A program made the position numbers and the translations under genes. A stretch of 64,000 bases of DNA, taken from the NCBI GenBank assembly GCA_019637115.1, contig JAHBWH010000010.1:18494-82493 (forward strand), read 5' to 3'. The stretch is from Myxococcales bacterium (GTDB lineage Bacteria; Myxococcota_A; Polyangia; Polyangiales; Houyiibacteriaceae). Below are positions 40,979 through 52,141 of the stretch, piece after piece. The notes beneath the pieces are model-generated. The model did not search any database and had not been told where the DNA came from. It saw only the letters and a program-made list of their open reading frames with translations. Every line of letters begins with the position of its first letter. Position 1 is the first letter of the stretch.

Positions 40979-42853
40979 GTGAAAGATCGGTTCCTAACCC
41001 GACTACGCGCGCTCTTGGGATCCTTCAATCCCGAGCGTTGGCGCGAGAGCCTCTTGCGGATCGTGCTTCGAGTCGGGCTCGGCCTGGGCGTCCTCGTGTA
41101 CGTGCCGAGCGTCGCAATCGCCTGGCAGCTCGACATGTCGGCGATCGTCATCGCGGACACGCTCGCCGTCCTCGTCGTGGCCTGGCTCGCCCTCGTCGAG
41201 CCGCTCACCTTCACCGTACGCGCGGCGATGCTCTGCGCGGTCTTGTTCTCGCTCGGCGTCGTGCTCCTCGCGCTCGTCGGGCCCGTCGCGCAGATCTACC
41301 TGCTCGGCTTCTCCCTCATCGCCACGTTGCTGCTGCGGATGCGCGTGGGGCTCGGTACCGTCGCGCTCAACGCTGCGACGATGCTGTCCCTCGGCCTGCT
41401 CGGCCACGCCGCGCCGGAGATGACGCTCGTCGGTTGGGGCGAGTCTCCGACGGCGTGGGCCGTGGTGACGGTCAACTTCGTCTTCGTGAACGCGCTCCTC
41501 GTCGCCGCCCTCGGGGCGATCGTCGGCTCACTGGAGGAGATCACCGCGCGTGAGCGCCACGCCCGCCAAGCGCTGGAGACCGAGCAGGCCTCGCTCGTCG
41601 CTACCAACGAACGGCTCGAGCGCGAGGTCGCCGAGCGCAGGCGGACCGAGGAGGAGCTGCGCGCCTCCGAGGTGCGCGAGCGTGCGCTCGAGGACGAGCG
41701 GAAGTCGCTCGACGCGCAGGTGCAGCACGCGCAGAAGATGGACGCGATCGGGCGGCTCGCCGGCGGGATCGCGCACGACTTCAACAACATGCTCAGCGTC
41801 ATCGCGGGGTACGCGAGCCTCGCGCGCGAGAGCGTCCCCGACAGCTCGGAGCTGCAGTCGGACCTGGGCGAGATCCTGAAAGCGACCGAGCGCTCCACCC
41901 AGCTGACGAGTCAGCTCTTGGCCTTCGCGCGACGACAACCGATCGCGCCCCAGGTGTTCGAGCTCGACGAGGCGGTGGAGTCGACGCTGCGGATGCTCCG
42001 TCGCCTCGTCGGCGAGGACATCCAGGTCATGTGGAAGCCCGGCCGCGCCGGGGTCGTCCGCATGGACCCCGCGCAGCTCGACCAAGTGCTCGTCAACCTC
42101 GCCGTGAACGCGCGCGACGCGATCGGAGGCGTCGGGCTCCTGTCGGTCGAGACGTCCCACGTCACGCTCGATGAAGAGTACGTCCGGATGCACGTCGAGG
42201 CGCGCGAGGGGAGCTTCGCGGTCCTGGCCGTGAGCGACGACGGATGCGGCATGGACGAGGCGACCCGCGCTCGAATCTTCGAGCCGTTCTTCACCACCAA
42301 GCCCATCGGCGCGGGGACTGGACTCGGCCTCGCGACGGTCTACGGGATCATCAAGCAGAACGACGGCCTGATTCGCGTCTACAGTGAGCCAGGTCGCGGG
42401 ACCACCTTTCGCGTGTACCTGCCCTCGGCGCTCGAGGCCGAAGCGACCGTCAACCGCGCGAGCACGACGGTCTCGAACATCGGCGGAGAGGAGACGATCC
42501 TCCTCGTGGAAGACGAGCCGACGGTGCGCGAGCTGACCGCGCGGCTGCTAGAACGGCTCGGCTACCGAGTCCTGGTCGCAGATGGGCCACGGGCTGCGCT
42601 GGAGCTCTCGGCGGCGCACGCAGAGGAGATTCACCTCCTCGTGACCGACGTGGTGATGCCGCAGATGAGCGGGCGCGACGTCCGGGAGGCGCTGACGAAG
42701 GAGCGCCCCGCGATGCGTTGCCTGTACGTCTCGGGCTACACCGCCGACCTGCTGAGTCCGGAGGGCGTCCTCGAAGAGGGCGTCCACTTCCTCCCCAAGC
42801 CGTTCGCGCCTAGCGCGCTCGCGGCCAAGGTGCGCGAGGCCCTCGCGACCTGA
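40979..42853 (+). CDS. membrane hybrid histidine kinase/response regulator (CckA-like)
   Basis: About 6 TM; [40 protein letters not shown]; receiver LLVEDE, TDVVMP, KPF. Confidence 0.95.
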   Translation: MKDRFLTRLRALLGSFNPERWRESLLRIVLRVGLGLGVLVYVPSVAIAWQLDMSAIVIADTLAVLVVAWLALVEPLTFTVRAAMLCAVLFSLGVVLLALVGPVAQIYLLGFSLIATLLLRMRVGLGTVALNAATMLSLGLLGHAAPEMTLVGWGESPTAWAVVTVNFVFVNALLVAALGAIVGSLEEITARERHARQALETEQASLVATNERLEREVAERRRTEEELRASEVRERALEDERKSLDAQVQHAQKMDAIGRLAGGIAHDFNNMLSVIAGYASLARESVPDSSELQSDLGEILKATERSTQLTSQLLAFARRQPIAPQVFELDEAVESTLRMLRRLVGEDIQVMWKPGRAGVVRMDPAQLDQVLVNLAVNARDAIGGVGLLSVETSHVTLDEEYVRMHVEAREGSFAVLAVSDDGCGMDEATRARIFEPFFTTKPIGAGTGLGLATVYGIIKQNDGLIRVYSEPGRGTTFRVYLPSALEAEATVNRASTTVSNIGGEETILLVEDEPTVRELTARLLERLGYRVLVADGPRAALELSAAHAEEIHLLVTDVVMPQMSGRDVREALTKERPAMRCLYVSGYTADLLSPEGVLEEGVHFLPKPFAPSALAAKVREALAT

Positions 42854-43001
42854 CGGCTCGTCGAGGAGCCGCTCTCGAAGCCGCCGTCGAGGAGCGCTCC
42901 CGACGTGAGGGCACGCCCCGCAGAGGGCGGACGGCTGGCGGCGACCGAGGCTGACTTCGAACTGTCACACAACTCGATCGGCGCCGGCCCGAGACGGGTT
43001 C

Positions 43002-46000
43002 ATGTCGACCCCGATCTTCCGTCGTCGTCCGCCGAAGCGGGCAGCTCGCCCGGGCCGCTTCGCTCTGCGGCTCATCGGTCTCTCCCTCCTCGGGCTCTTG
43101 GCGCCCGGGATCGATTGTCAGAGTCGACCCGGGTGCGATCACGCGGACGCCTGTCGAGCACGCGAGAGCCGACGCTGCATCAACTTCTGCGCACCACGCT
43201 GGACCGACGCGGAGGTGATCACGACGGATGGCGCTGCCTGTCCACGGGCGGAGCACGAGTGCTCTCTCGAGCTCGACTTCTCACGCGGCGACCTCGCGCT
43301 CTGCCCCACGGGGTGGAGCTGCGCTGCCGATCCGCAGGATCCCGCGTCGCCTCGCGGACGATGCGAGCCGGCGGGGCGCTTCGGCGCTCACTGTGGGCGC
43401 TTCGCGAACGACGCCGCCGAATCGGGTGAAGGCTTCGGCGGCTGCTCGCCAGGGCTCGCTTGCGTTGCAGAGTCTTGCGCGACCATGGCGCCGTGGGAGC
43501 GCTTCATGCCCAACCTTCCGCCCCCCGGCGCGGGCGATCCAGGCAGCTTGGGGGACCCCGGACGTTGCCTCCCTCACGCGCTCGAGGGCCAGCGCTGCGA
43601 CACCGACGTGCTGACGGCCCCCGGCTGCGCGACATGCGAGCCAGGGACGCTCTGCCTCGACGCGAGGGCGTATGGGCTCGAAGGCCTTCGGTGCCTGCGC
43701 CCCTGCGACTCGGACGGGGACTGCGCTTGCGGAGCGAAGACGTATTGCGACGCCATCCCGGACTCGGCGATCGCGGCGCACGGCGGCGCCATCGACGGCC
43801 GCACCTTCTGTCGCCCCTGCCTCGCGACACACGCGACGTGTGAGAGGGGCAACCCCGCGCTGACTTGCTGTGACGGCAGCGCGAGCTGCGAACGTGTCTA
43901 TCTCGACCTCTCCGAGGCGACGACATCGTCGACCTCCTCTTCGGGCCCACACATCGACTTCGGCTCGCCGGTGTGGCGAGGCGGAGCCGGAGGCGGGACC
44001 GGCGGCTCCGCGACGGGTATCGGAGGCTTCGTGGGCGGAGGCGGGACGGGTTCGAGCCCGTCGGGCGGCACGGCCTCGGGCGGCCCGAGCTTCTCCGACG
44101 AGGTCCCATCCGGCGTCGTGGACGTCGTCGATCGCTGTTGCCGGCGCGAGGGCACCGCGTGCGAGCAGGGGCTCGAGGACGCCTGCTGCAGCGGTACCCG
44201 CTGTGGTGTCCGCGGGACCTGCGAGACATGCGGAATCACCGGTATGAACGCGAAGCACTTCGCGTGTTGTCCCGGCTACGTCGCCGTGCCGGTGCCCAGC
44301 GGCGGACGTGAGTGTCGTCGCTGCGGGGCGCTCGGAACCGCGGGAGCGTGCTCGCCGTACACGTTCGTGACCATGGGGCGAAGCGCGATCGACAACGTCG
44401 CGATCCCCGCGACCAACGCTGGGGTCCCGGATGTCCTCGGCCTCGCGGGTGGGAACCTCGTCGACACACGTGGCCGGGTCGAAGCCGTGTCGTACCGACT
44501 GCACCCACGCCACCGAGCCTACGCCTTCTACGCGCCCTTCACCCGAGATCACCTGGGTGGGCTGAGCGGAGGAGACTCGTACCGCGCACTTCCGCCGACG
44601 CAGGATGCCGTATCCGAGGTGCTTCATCGTTTCGCCGCGCCGCAATCGATCCAAGCGGTGCGGGTCTACGACCCGGGCGCGTGCTCGTTGATGCTCGACT
44701 GGCAGCGGCTCGTGGACAACGTGACGATCGACAGCTTGCGTTCGAACCTCTACCCACCGCGCAGCGCCGGGCAGCGAATCAACGCGATTCGGCACATCGA
44801 CACGCAGGTGAGCCCGGTCCTGCGCCACCGCCCCGCGTTCCCAGCGGAGCTCCCGCTCGGGCCGGCCGTGCCAGACGACCGCCTGCACATCCAATCGAAG
44901 TTCCGATTCGAGCACAACAGCTGCATTCGCGCGATCGAGGTCACCATCGACCTCGAGCTGGCGATCGAGCTCACCGATCTGCAGCCCCCCGACCGCGGGT
45001 TGGACGCACACATCACGTCGGCGGGGTGCGAGTGGTTCAGCGAGGCGACCGGTAACTTCTACGAGTGCGACCTGCCCGTCGAGCGCGACGGTGAGCAGGT
45101 GCGCCTCGAGCGCTTCGTCATCCGCGAGACGCCGCGATGTGCGCCGGGCGCGTGCTTCGAGGAGGAGCTGGTTCTCGGGGTGGGTTGCATGCCGTGGGAG
45201 GACGAGTATCGATGTACGTTGCCGGTGCTCGAGGCACGACCGAGAGGGGACTACCGCGTGGTGAACGTCGACCGCCGCAACCCGAACAGTGAGCTCGTGG
45301 ACTGGCAGACCTTCGCGCGGCCCCGATTCCCCGACCCCTTCAGGCGTCGCATCAGGGTTCGGCCCACGCGCACGGACATCCGCTTCGACCGCCATTGTGC
45401 GCTCTCGGCGGTCACGGCTCCCTTGATCCGAAGGAAGCTTTGGGCGGGGATCTCGGCAGGGTTCGGCGATATCGAGAGCCGTCTGACCTCCGTGGTCGCC
45501 AACGCGTTTCGCATGGCGCCGCGCCGCGTGTTGATTCGTCCGGAGGGCGTCGAGATCGTGTTGGCGGAGAACGAGCGCGACCCTCAGTACGCGCGGGCGC
45601 TCGAACAGACGACGGCGACGGATCGGTCGGTCCTCTGGCGCTTGGCGAGCTGCGAGGATGCGCGAAACCGCACGCGAGGACCGGCCGGCGAGGTCGGCGC
45701 TCCCAACCCCAGCGCACTTCCGGTCGTGTCGTCTTCGAGCGGGAGCGCCGTGTCGCCCCGTTTGAGGGACCAAGCCCTCTGCCGCCCCGACGCCCCTGAT
45801 GCTTGCGGAGACGTCTGCCCCGAGACCGGCTACCGATGCACCGATGGAGTGCAGGCCTTCTTGACCACCGGTGAACCGATGGCGGCAGCGTTCCGCCGGG
45901 AGGCCGTGTGCGCGGGCGGGGCGTGCTGCAATCCCGAGGACCTCTGCACCGACGGCGATCGGACGCGGTGTCGCGGGAGGGCCGTCGTCGACTACTCCCG

Positions 46001-46241
46001 GGGCGAGTTCATCGTGCGATGCGGCGCCGATTGCCGTGCCTATGGGAGCAACACGTCGAGCGACGCGACCTGTTGGGCCGGAGGGCGCTTCGTCTGTGTC
46101 GGTGAGGAGGTCACGGTGCCCAACCTCCGAGGAGAGCCGCGCCGCGTCGTCCACTGCGCGGAGGGGTGCACTCCGTGCCCCGTCGAGACGAGCGCGTGCG
46201 ACGCCACCGGGCGCTGCGTGGCCCGAGAGGGAGCGCCGTGA
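43002..46241 (+). CDS. large Cys-rich exported hypothetical protein
   Basis: Basic + hydrophobic N-terminus, two Cys-rich blocks around a Gly/Ser linker, a Cys-poorer central domain and a Cys-rich C-terminus. Confidence 0.75.
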   Translation: MSTPIFRRRPPKRAARPGRFALRLIGLSLLGLLAPGIDCQSRPGCDHADACRARESRRCINFCAPRWTDAEVITTDGAACPRAEHECSLELDFSRGDLALCPTGWSCAADPQDPASPRGRCEPAGRFGAHCGRFANDAAESGEGFGGCSPGLACVAESCATMAPWERFMPNLPPPGAGDPGSLGDPGRCLPHALEGQRCDTDVLTAPGCATCEPGTLCLDARAYGLEGLRCLRPCDSDGDCACGAKTYCDAIPDSAIAAHGGAIDGRTFCRPCLATHATCERGNPALTCCDGSASCERVYLDLSEATTSSTSSSGPHIDFGSPVWRGGAGGGTGGSATGIGGFVGGGGTGSSPSGGTASGGPSFSDEVPSGVVDVVDRCCRREGTACEQGLEDACCSGTRCGVRGTCETCGITGMNAKHFACCPGYVAVPVPSGGRECRRCGALGTAGACSPYTFVTMGRSAIDNVAIPATNAGVPDVLGLAGGNLVDTRGRVEAVSYRLHPRHRAYAFYAPFTRDHLGGLSGGDSYRALPPTQDAVSEVLHRFAAPQSIQAVRVYDPGACSLMLDWQRLVDNVTIDSLRSNLYPPRSAGQRINAIRHIDTQVSPVLRHRPAFPAELPLGPAVPDDRLHIQSKFRFEHNSCIRAIEVTIDLELAIELTDLQPPDRGLDAHITSAGCEWFSEATGNFYECDLPVERDGEQVRLERFVIRETPRCAPGACFEEELVLGVGCMPWEDEYRCTLPVLEARPRGDYRVVNVDRRNPNSELVDWQTFARPRFPDPFRRRIRVRPTRTDIRFDRHCALSAVTAPLIRRKLWAGISAGFGDIESRLTSVVANAFRMAPRRVLIRPEGVEIVLAENERDPQYARALEQTTATDRSVLWRLASCEDARNRTRGPAGEVGAPNPSALPVVSSSSGSAVSPRLRDQALCRPDAPDACGDVCPETGYRCTDGVQAFLTTGEPMAAAFRREAVCAGGACCNPEDLCTDGDRTRCRGRAVVDYSRGEFIVRCGADCRAYGSNTSSDATCWAGGRFVCVGEEVTVPNLRGEPRRVVHCAEGCTPCPVETSACDATGRCVAREGAP

Positions 46242-47224
46242 CCCGTCTAGCTTTCAAGCTCCGGTCGCACGCAGACCTCACGCCGAGAGGCCGCTCGTCG
46301 GCCACGCGGTGGGCGGCATGCGTGCTCGGCATGGTGGCCGCGCTGGCTGCGGGTTGTTTTCGCAGCAACGAGGATGGCCGGGGCGACGCGGCCCGAATCG
46401 ATGGGGGGGCGCTGCCGACGGACGATGCCGCGCGGTTGGAAGCGGGCTTCGACGCTGCGGGTCACGCCTGCGGGACCCACGCGGGCTATCTGCGGTGCGG
46501 GCACCGCTGCCTGAACCCCGACTGCCCCGAAGTCGACGGGGTGCAGGGTGCGTGCATAGCGTTCGACGTCTGCCTGTACCAACCGTCGGATCCTCGAGGG
46601 GCGCGGGGTTGCGAGATCACTCCCGCGGCTCGAGGTGGAGTCGCCGTCTACTGCTGGGGCGGAGACCTGTGCGTCACCGGACCCGGCGCACCAGCCGGGA
46701 GCATCGCGGGCGCGTGCATGGACGAACGCGCGTGCCGGTTCTTGCGCGTCGAGGGCGAACGCGAGGGCTTCGAGCACCGCTGCCAATACAGCGACGGCAC
46801 GTACTACGAAGCAGGTCCACCGTGGCTCGAGCGCTGCCCCGCGTCCCCCGAGCCACGTAACCCCTTCTGCGGCGGCGCGTGCGGCGAGTGCCCCTACGAC
46901 CCAGGGGAGTTTTCGGAGGCTCGCTGGGGGACGAGCTGCTGGGGTGTCAACGAGGAGCGCGGCTTCGGCGTCTGCACGATCCAAGCGTGGGACACCTGCC
47001 GCCGCTCACAGGCGGGCACCGGGAGCGCGGCGCGCGAGGCCTGGGACGAGTTCGAGCTCCGCGCGGGATACCCCGTCGCCTGCATGGTCGCCGTCGACGA
47101 CGAGACCGACGACCGGCTCGCCGACTTTGGGGTCTGGGTCTCACGCGCCGCCTGCGACCACTACACCGGCACGTTCCCAGGCTCCTTCTCTTGTGTGGGC
47201 GCCGACTGGCGTCCCCTCGAGTGA
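46238..47224 (+). CDS. Cys-rich lipoprotein
   Basis: GTGA overlap with the upstream stop; LAAGC lipobox; many Cys (FCGGACGEC). Confidence 0.75.
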   Translation: MTRLAFKLRSHADLTPRGRSSATRWAACVLGMVAALAAGCFRSNEDGRGDAARIDGGALPTDDAARLEAGFDAAGHACGTHAGYLRCGHRCLNPDCPEVDGVQGACIAFDVCLYQPSDPRGARGCEITPAARGGVAVYCWGGDLCVTGPGAPAGSIAGACMDERACRFLRVEGEREGFEHRCQYSDGTYYEAGPPWLERCPASPEPRNPFCGGACGECPYDPGEFSEARWGTSCWGVNEERGFGVCTIQAWDTCRRSQAGTGSAAREAWDEFELRAGYPVACMVAVDDETDDRLADFGVWVSRAACDHYTGTFPGSFSCVGADWRPLE

Positions 47225-47251
47225 GAGAGGAGGGGCGCGTTCCTCGACCCG

Positions 47252-48247
47252 TCAGGCCGGCTTGCGGACCAAGAAGAAGTACATCGGCGTGAACGTGCCC
47301 GTCTCGCCGCCCGCGACCAGCGCGTCCGCGCCCTGGTTGAGGAAGCTGCTGACGTCGCTCGTTCCCTGCGGCGCGAGCTTCACCTTCTCCATGAAGCGCG
47401 TGAGCTTGTTCGTGAGCACGCGGCCGAGCGGCTTGCGCGGGAGCGCGAGCAGGCCCTTCTCCCGGCCCGTCAGCGGCAGATACCACGGCGTCTCGGGGCT
47501 CCCGTGGCCGGCCATGTCCTCGGTCTCCAGCACCTCGAAGCCCGCGTCGCGCAGCGCCGCGTCGACGACGCTCGTGTGTGAGAGGTCGGGCAGGCCATTG
47601 CCGATCTCGATGTCCTTCTTGATCTTCCGGTGCGTCGGGTCGCTCTCGTCGTAGCGGTCCGTGAGGCACCACTCGTAGCCTGCGAAGAGCGCGCCCGGCT
47701 TCATCGCGCGGTGCAGGCCGCGGAAGAGCTTCGTGCGGTCCGGCGCGTGGCAGCTCGCCTCGATGGTGTAGACGGCGTCGAAGCGCGCGTCCTCGAAGGG
47801 CAGCTCCATGAAGTCCGCCTTCGCGAAGCTGACGAGGTGGTCGAGGCGCTGCTTCCTCGCGTAGCGCTCGGCGCGCGCGACCTGGTAGGCGTTGTTGTTG
47901 ATCCCGACGATCTTCGCGCCGCTGCGCTTCGCGATGTGGCGCGCGGGCCCGCCGACGCCGCAGCCGACGTCAAGGACCTCCTTGCCAGGCGCGAGGCGGA
48001 GCGCGCGGTCGAGGTGGCGCTCGTGGCGCAGGAGGCTCTCCTTGAAGCCCTCCCACTTCCAGCGCGGCGCGAAGTGGAAGTGCTGGCCCCAGCCGATCTC
48101 GTAGAAGTCCGTCGCGAGGTCGTAGTACTGGTTGACGAGCGTCGTGTAGCTCGTGAGCCGCGTGTCGACGTCGCTCTGCTCGTGCAGGCCCTTGTAGGCG
48201 TCGACGGTGGACTTGAAGGACTCCTTGACGGTCTCGCGCTGCGCCAT
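47252..48247 (-). CDS. smt: sterol C-24 methyltransferase (Erg6/SMT family)
   Basis: YYDLATDFYEIGWGQHFHFAP, LDVGCGVGGP, GINNNAYQ, IEASCHAP, YEW, IEIGNGL, FTPMYFF. Confidence 0.93.
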   Translation of the reverse strand: MAQRETVKESFKSTVDAYKGLHEQSDVDTRLTSYTTLVNQYYDLATDFYEIGWGQHFHFAPRWKWEGFKESLLRHERHLDRALRLAPGKEVLDVGCGVGGPARHIAKRSGAKIVGINNNAYQVARAERYARKQRLDHLVSFAKADFMELPFEDARFDAVYTIEASCHAPDRTKLFRGLHRAMKPGALFAGYEWCLTDRYDESDPTHRKIKKDIEIGNGLPDLSHTSVVDAALRDAGFEVLETEDMAGHGSPETPWYLPLTGREKGLLALPRKPLGRVLTNKLTRFMEKVKLAPQGTSDVSSFLNQGADALVAGGETGTFTPMYFFLVRKPA

Positions 48248-48440
48248 CGTGCTTCTCGCATCGGCGCCGGGGCGCCTCGGTTGGGGAGCCCATCAGCGGG
48301 GCTCGAAGGTCGGTCGAAGGTCGGTCGGGGGTCGTGGACGAGAGCCTCGGAGGCTCGCAGGTCGTCGGGCTAACACGTGAGGCGCGCTCGCGCCTCGTGA
48401 TTTCGGCGTGGCCGGCGAACGCTGCGCCGGTCGCCGCCTC

Positions 48441-50537
48441 TCACTCCGCGGGCGGCGCAGGCGCGCGCTCCGCTGCCTCGCGCGCTTCGGGCGCGACGCC
48501 GAGGCGACGCTCGGCGAGGGCCAGCGCCCACACCGGGAAGAGCCGCCGGTAGAGGCGGTACTCGATCAGCGCGGTGCGGAAGAAGACACCCGCGAACTCC
48601 TGGATCGGGAAGTCGCCGCGCTCGTCCTGCACGGACGCGAGCCACTTCGCGCCCTTCGCGATGGGCTTCTCCTCGACGTCCTCGCCCGCGAGGAGCGTGA
48701 GCAGCGCCCACGCGGTCTGCGTGACGTGCCCGTGGCCGAGGTCCTCGTACGTGTCCGTGAGGCACGTCCGCCAATGCTCGCCCCAGCTCCCGTCGGGCCG
48801 CTGCCGCGCGCGCACGAAGGCGCACGCCTTGCGGATGGCGGGGTCGTCCGCCGACGCGCCCGCCGCGCGCAGGCCGCGCACGCCGAACATCGTCCCGTAG
48901 AGGAACCACACACCCCACGCGCCCGGCCACGAGCCGTCCGGCCGCTGCGTCTCTCGGAGCCGCGCCTCGGCGCGCGCGATCGCACCGTCGATCTCCGCGC
49001 GCATGAGCGTGGGGAAGCGCGCCCGCACCTCGCAGAGCGCGATGAGGTTCGATGCGGTGCACTCCACGTAGGAGAGCTCCGTCATCGAGTCGCCGAACAT
49101 CTCGGCGGGGTTCATCCACTCGAGGGTAAAGCGCTGCTTGCGCGCCTCGTAGCTGCCGAAGCCACCCTCGGGGTTCTGGCATTGCAGCAAGAAGCGCACG
49201 GCCGCCTCGACGGCGCGCTCGTCGAGCGTCGCCAGCGTCTCGGGCGCCTCGAGGAAGGCGCAGAGCGCCTCTGCGGTGCAGTCGCTGACCGGCCAGCCGT
49301 GCCACACACCCGCGAAGCAGAAGCCGCCCGTGGGGTCGACCCGGTATTGCTGGCGGTACTCGGCGACGCTGCCGCCGGGCGGACGCTGGATCTGCTGCGT
49401 CGCGAGCCAACCGAGACCCGTCGTCAGCGCCTCGTCGGCGAGCGCGCGCGTCTCGGGCGAGAGCGCCGGGCGCGCCGCGCTCAGCGCCTGGAGCGCGAAG
49501 CTCGTGTCCCAGGTGGCGCTCCGCGCGCCCGCGACGCGCGTGCCGTCCTGCGCGTCCTCCCAGAGCCAGCCCTCGAAGCGCTCCATCTGGCGCGCGACGT
49601 CGGGGTCGTGCTTGTCCCAGGCGTGCAGGGTGAGCGCGAAGAGCAGCCCGTTGACCGGCGAGAGGCACGTATGGTCCGTGCTGCGGAGCTCCCAGCGCAT
49701 GCGCTCGCGGATGCTCGCGAGGCACGCGCGTCGGATGGCGCCCGCGCCGGGGAGGAACGAGCGCAGCGCCTCGTAAGCGTTGACCGCCTTGTACATCGCC
49801 TCGAGCGCCGGCCCCGGCGGCGCCCAGAGGTCGCGCTCGCGCAAGAGCCCGCGCGCCGACGCGAAGTCGAGCGCCTCGTACTCGACGCGGCCGCTCTGGG
49901 CGTGGAAGGCGTAGATCTCCTGGCGGAGCTCGTCGGTGAGCGGGGTGCGCCGCGCGCGCAGCTTCAGCCCGTGCACGCTCGCCATGCCCATGTAGATGAG
50001 CCGCGTGTGGCAGTAGTAGTTGCCGGGGTGCACCGGCGAGGACGTGGGCATGAGCCACGCCTCGGGCGGCACGGCGTTGACGCCCTCCCAGCCGTAGAGG
50101 TTCATGATCGCGAGCCAGGCCTTGCCCCAGCTCGGGATCGCGCGGACGTCCTCGCGCGCGAAGAGCTCGCGCGCGAAGGCGAGCATCGGATCGTCCGCCG
50201 ACACGCCGAGGGTGCGCGCGGCCACGTACGCGAGCGTCGTCACGAAGAGCGACTCGCCCCCGTGCGGGTGCAGGCCCCAGCCCCCAGGCCGGCCGTCGGG
50301 TTGCGCGAGCTGCTCGGCGCGGAGCTGCTGCACGAGCGACGCGCGGCGGTCCGCGGAGAGCGGACGCTCCATCACGTGCATCGCGAGCGCGTATTGCGCC
50401 GCGAGCATCGGGTTCCAGACGTCCTCACCCTCCCAATGGTCGGCGGGGCGCGCGGCCTCGTCCGCGTGGCGCTCCTCGCCGCGCAGCGCGACGAGCCGCC
50501 GGACGGCGCGGTCGAGCGCCTCGCTCGTGGTCGCCAC
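48441..50537 (-). CDS. osc: 2,3-oxidosqualene cyclase
   Basis: GGWGLH, IPSWGKAWL, PPEAWL, YYCHTRLIY, HGWPVSDCTAE, YVECT, QW repeats (QRPDGSW x2); GTG directly after the HMGR stop. Confidence 0.93.
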   Translation of the reverse strand: MATTSEALDRAVRRLVALRGEERHADEAARPADHWEGEDVWNPMLAAQYALAMHVMERPLSADRRASLVQQLRAEQLAQPDGRPGGWGLHPHGGESLFVTTLAYVAARTLGVSADDPMLAFARELFAREDVRAIPSWGKAWLAIMNLYGWEGVNAVPPEAWLMPTSSPVHPGNYYCHTRLIYMGMASVHGLKLRARRTPLTDELRQEIYAFHAQSGRVEYEALDFASARGLLRERDLWAPPGPALEAMYKAVNAYEALRSFLPGAGAIRRACLASIRERMRWELRSTDHTCLSPVNGLLFALTLHAWDKHDPDVARQMERFEGWLWEDAQDGTRVAGARSATWDTSFALQALSAARPALSPETRALADEALTTGLGWLATQQIQRPPGGSVAEYRQQYRVDPTGGFCFAGVWHGWPVSDCTAEALCAFLEAPETLATLDERAVEAAVRFLLQCQNPEGGFGSYEARKQRFTLEWMNPAEMFGDSMTELSYVECTASNLIALCEVRARFPTLMRAEIDGAIARAEARLRETQRPDGSWPGAWGVWFLYGTMFGVRGLRAAGASADDPAIRKACAFVRARQRPDGSWGEHWRTCLTDTYEDLGHGHVTQTAWALLTLLAGEDVEEKPIAKGAKWLASVQDERGDFPIQEFAGVFFRTALIEYRLYRRLFPVWALALAERRLGVAPEAREAAERAPAPPAE

Positions 50538-50538
50538 G

Positions 50539-51825
<1,287 letters not shown>

Positions 51826-51953
51826 GAAATCCACTCCGGAGGAGGAAGCGGCCGCGATGGCGGCCATCGAGAGGAAGGGGCGAAGCCCCGTCGGGAGACG
51901 AAGCCTCGATCGCGGAGCGACCGAGGTGAGCGGGTGACCCTGGGTGGGTTGGC

Positions 51954-52045
51954 ACCCTGTGAGCCCTGTGAGCCCTATGAGCCGACACGCTGTGAGCCGG
52001 CACGCTATGAGCCGACACGCTGTGAGCCGACACGCTGTGGTGAGG
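51954..52045. repeat. intergenic minisatellite (two 9-mers then four 15-mers TGAGCCG(A/G)CACGCT(G/A))
   Basis: tgagccctg tgagcccta tgagccgacacgctg tgagccggcacgcta tgagccgacacgctg tgagccgacacgctg. Confidence 0.9.
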
Positions 52046-52141
52046 CGACGCCGAGTCGGGAGCGCTCGGGCTCGGGAGACTGGGATCGAAAGTTCGGAAA
52101 GAGCGAGAGAGAGGCGCCGCGCGGGGCGGCAACCCCGAAGG

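Noticed and set aside
51954-52045. CRISPR interpretation of this array and of those at 31740-31801, 36845-36965 and 19124-19250
   Set aside because: Units are short or contiguous, lack unique 30-40 bp spacers, and no cas genes are present.
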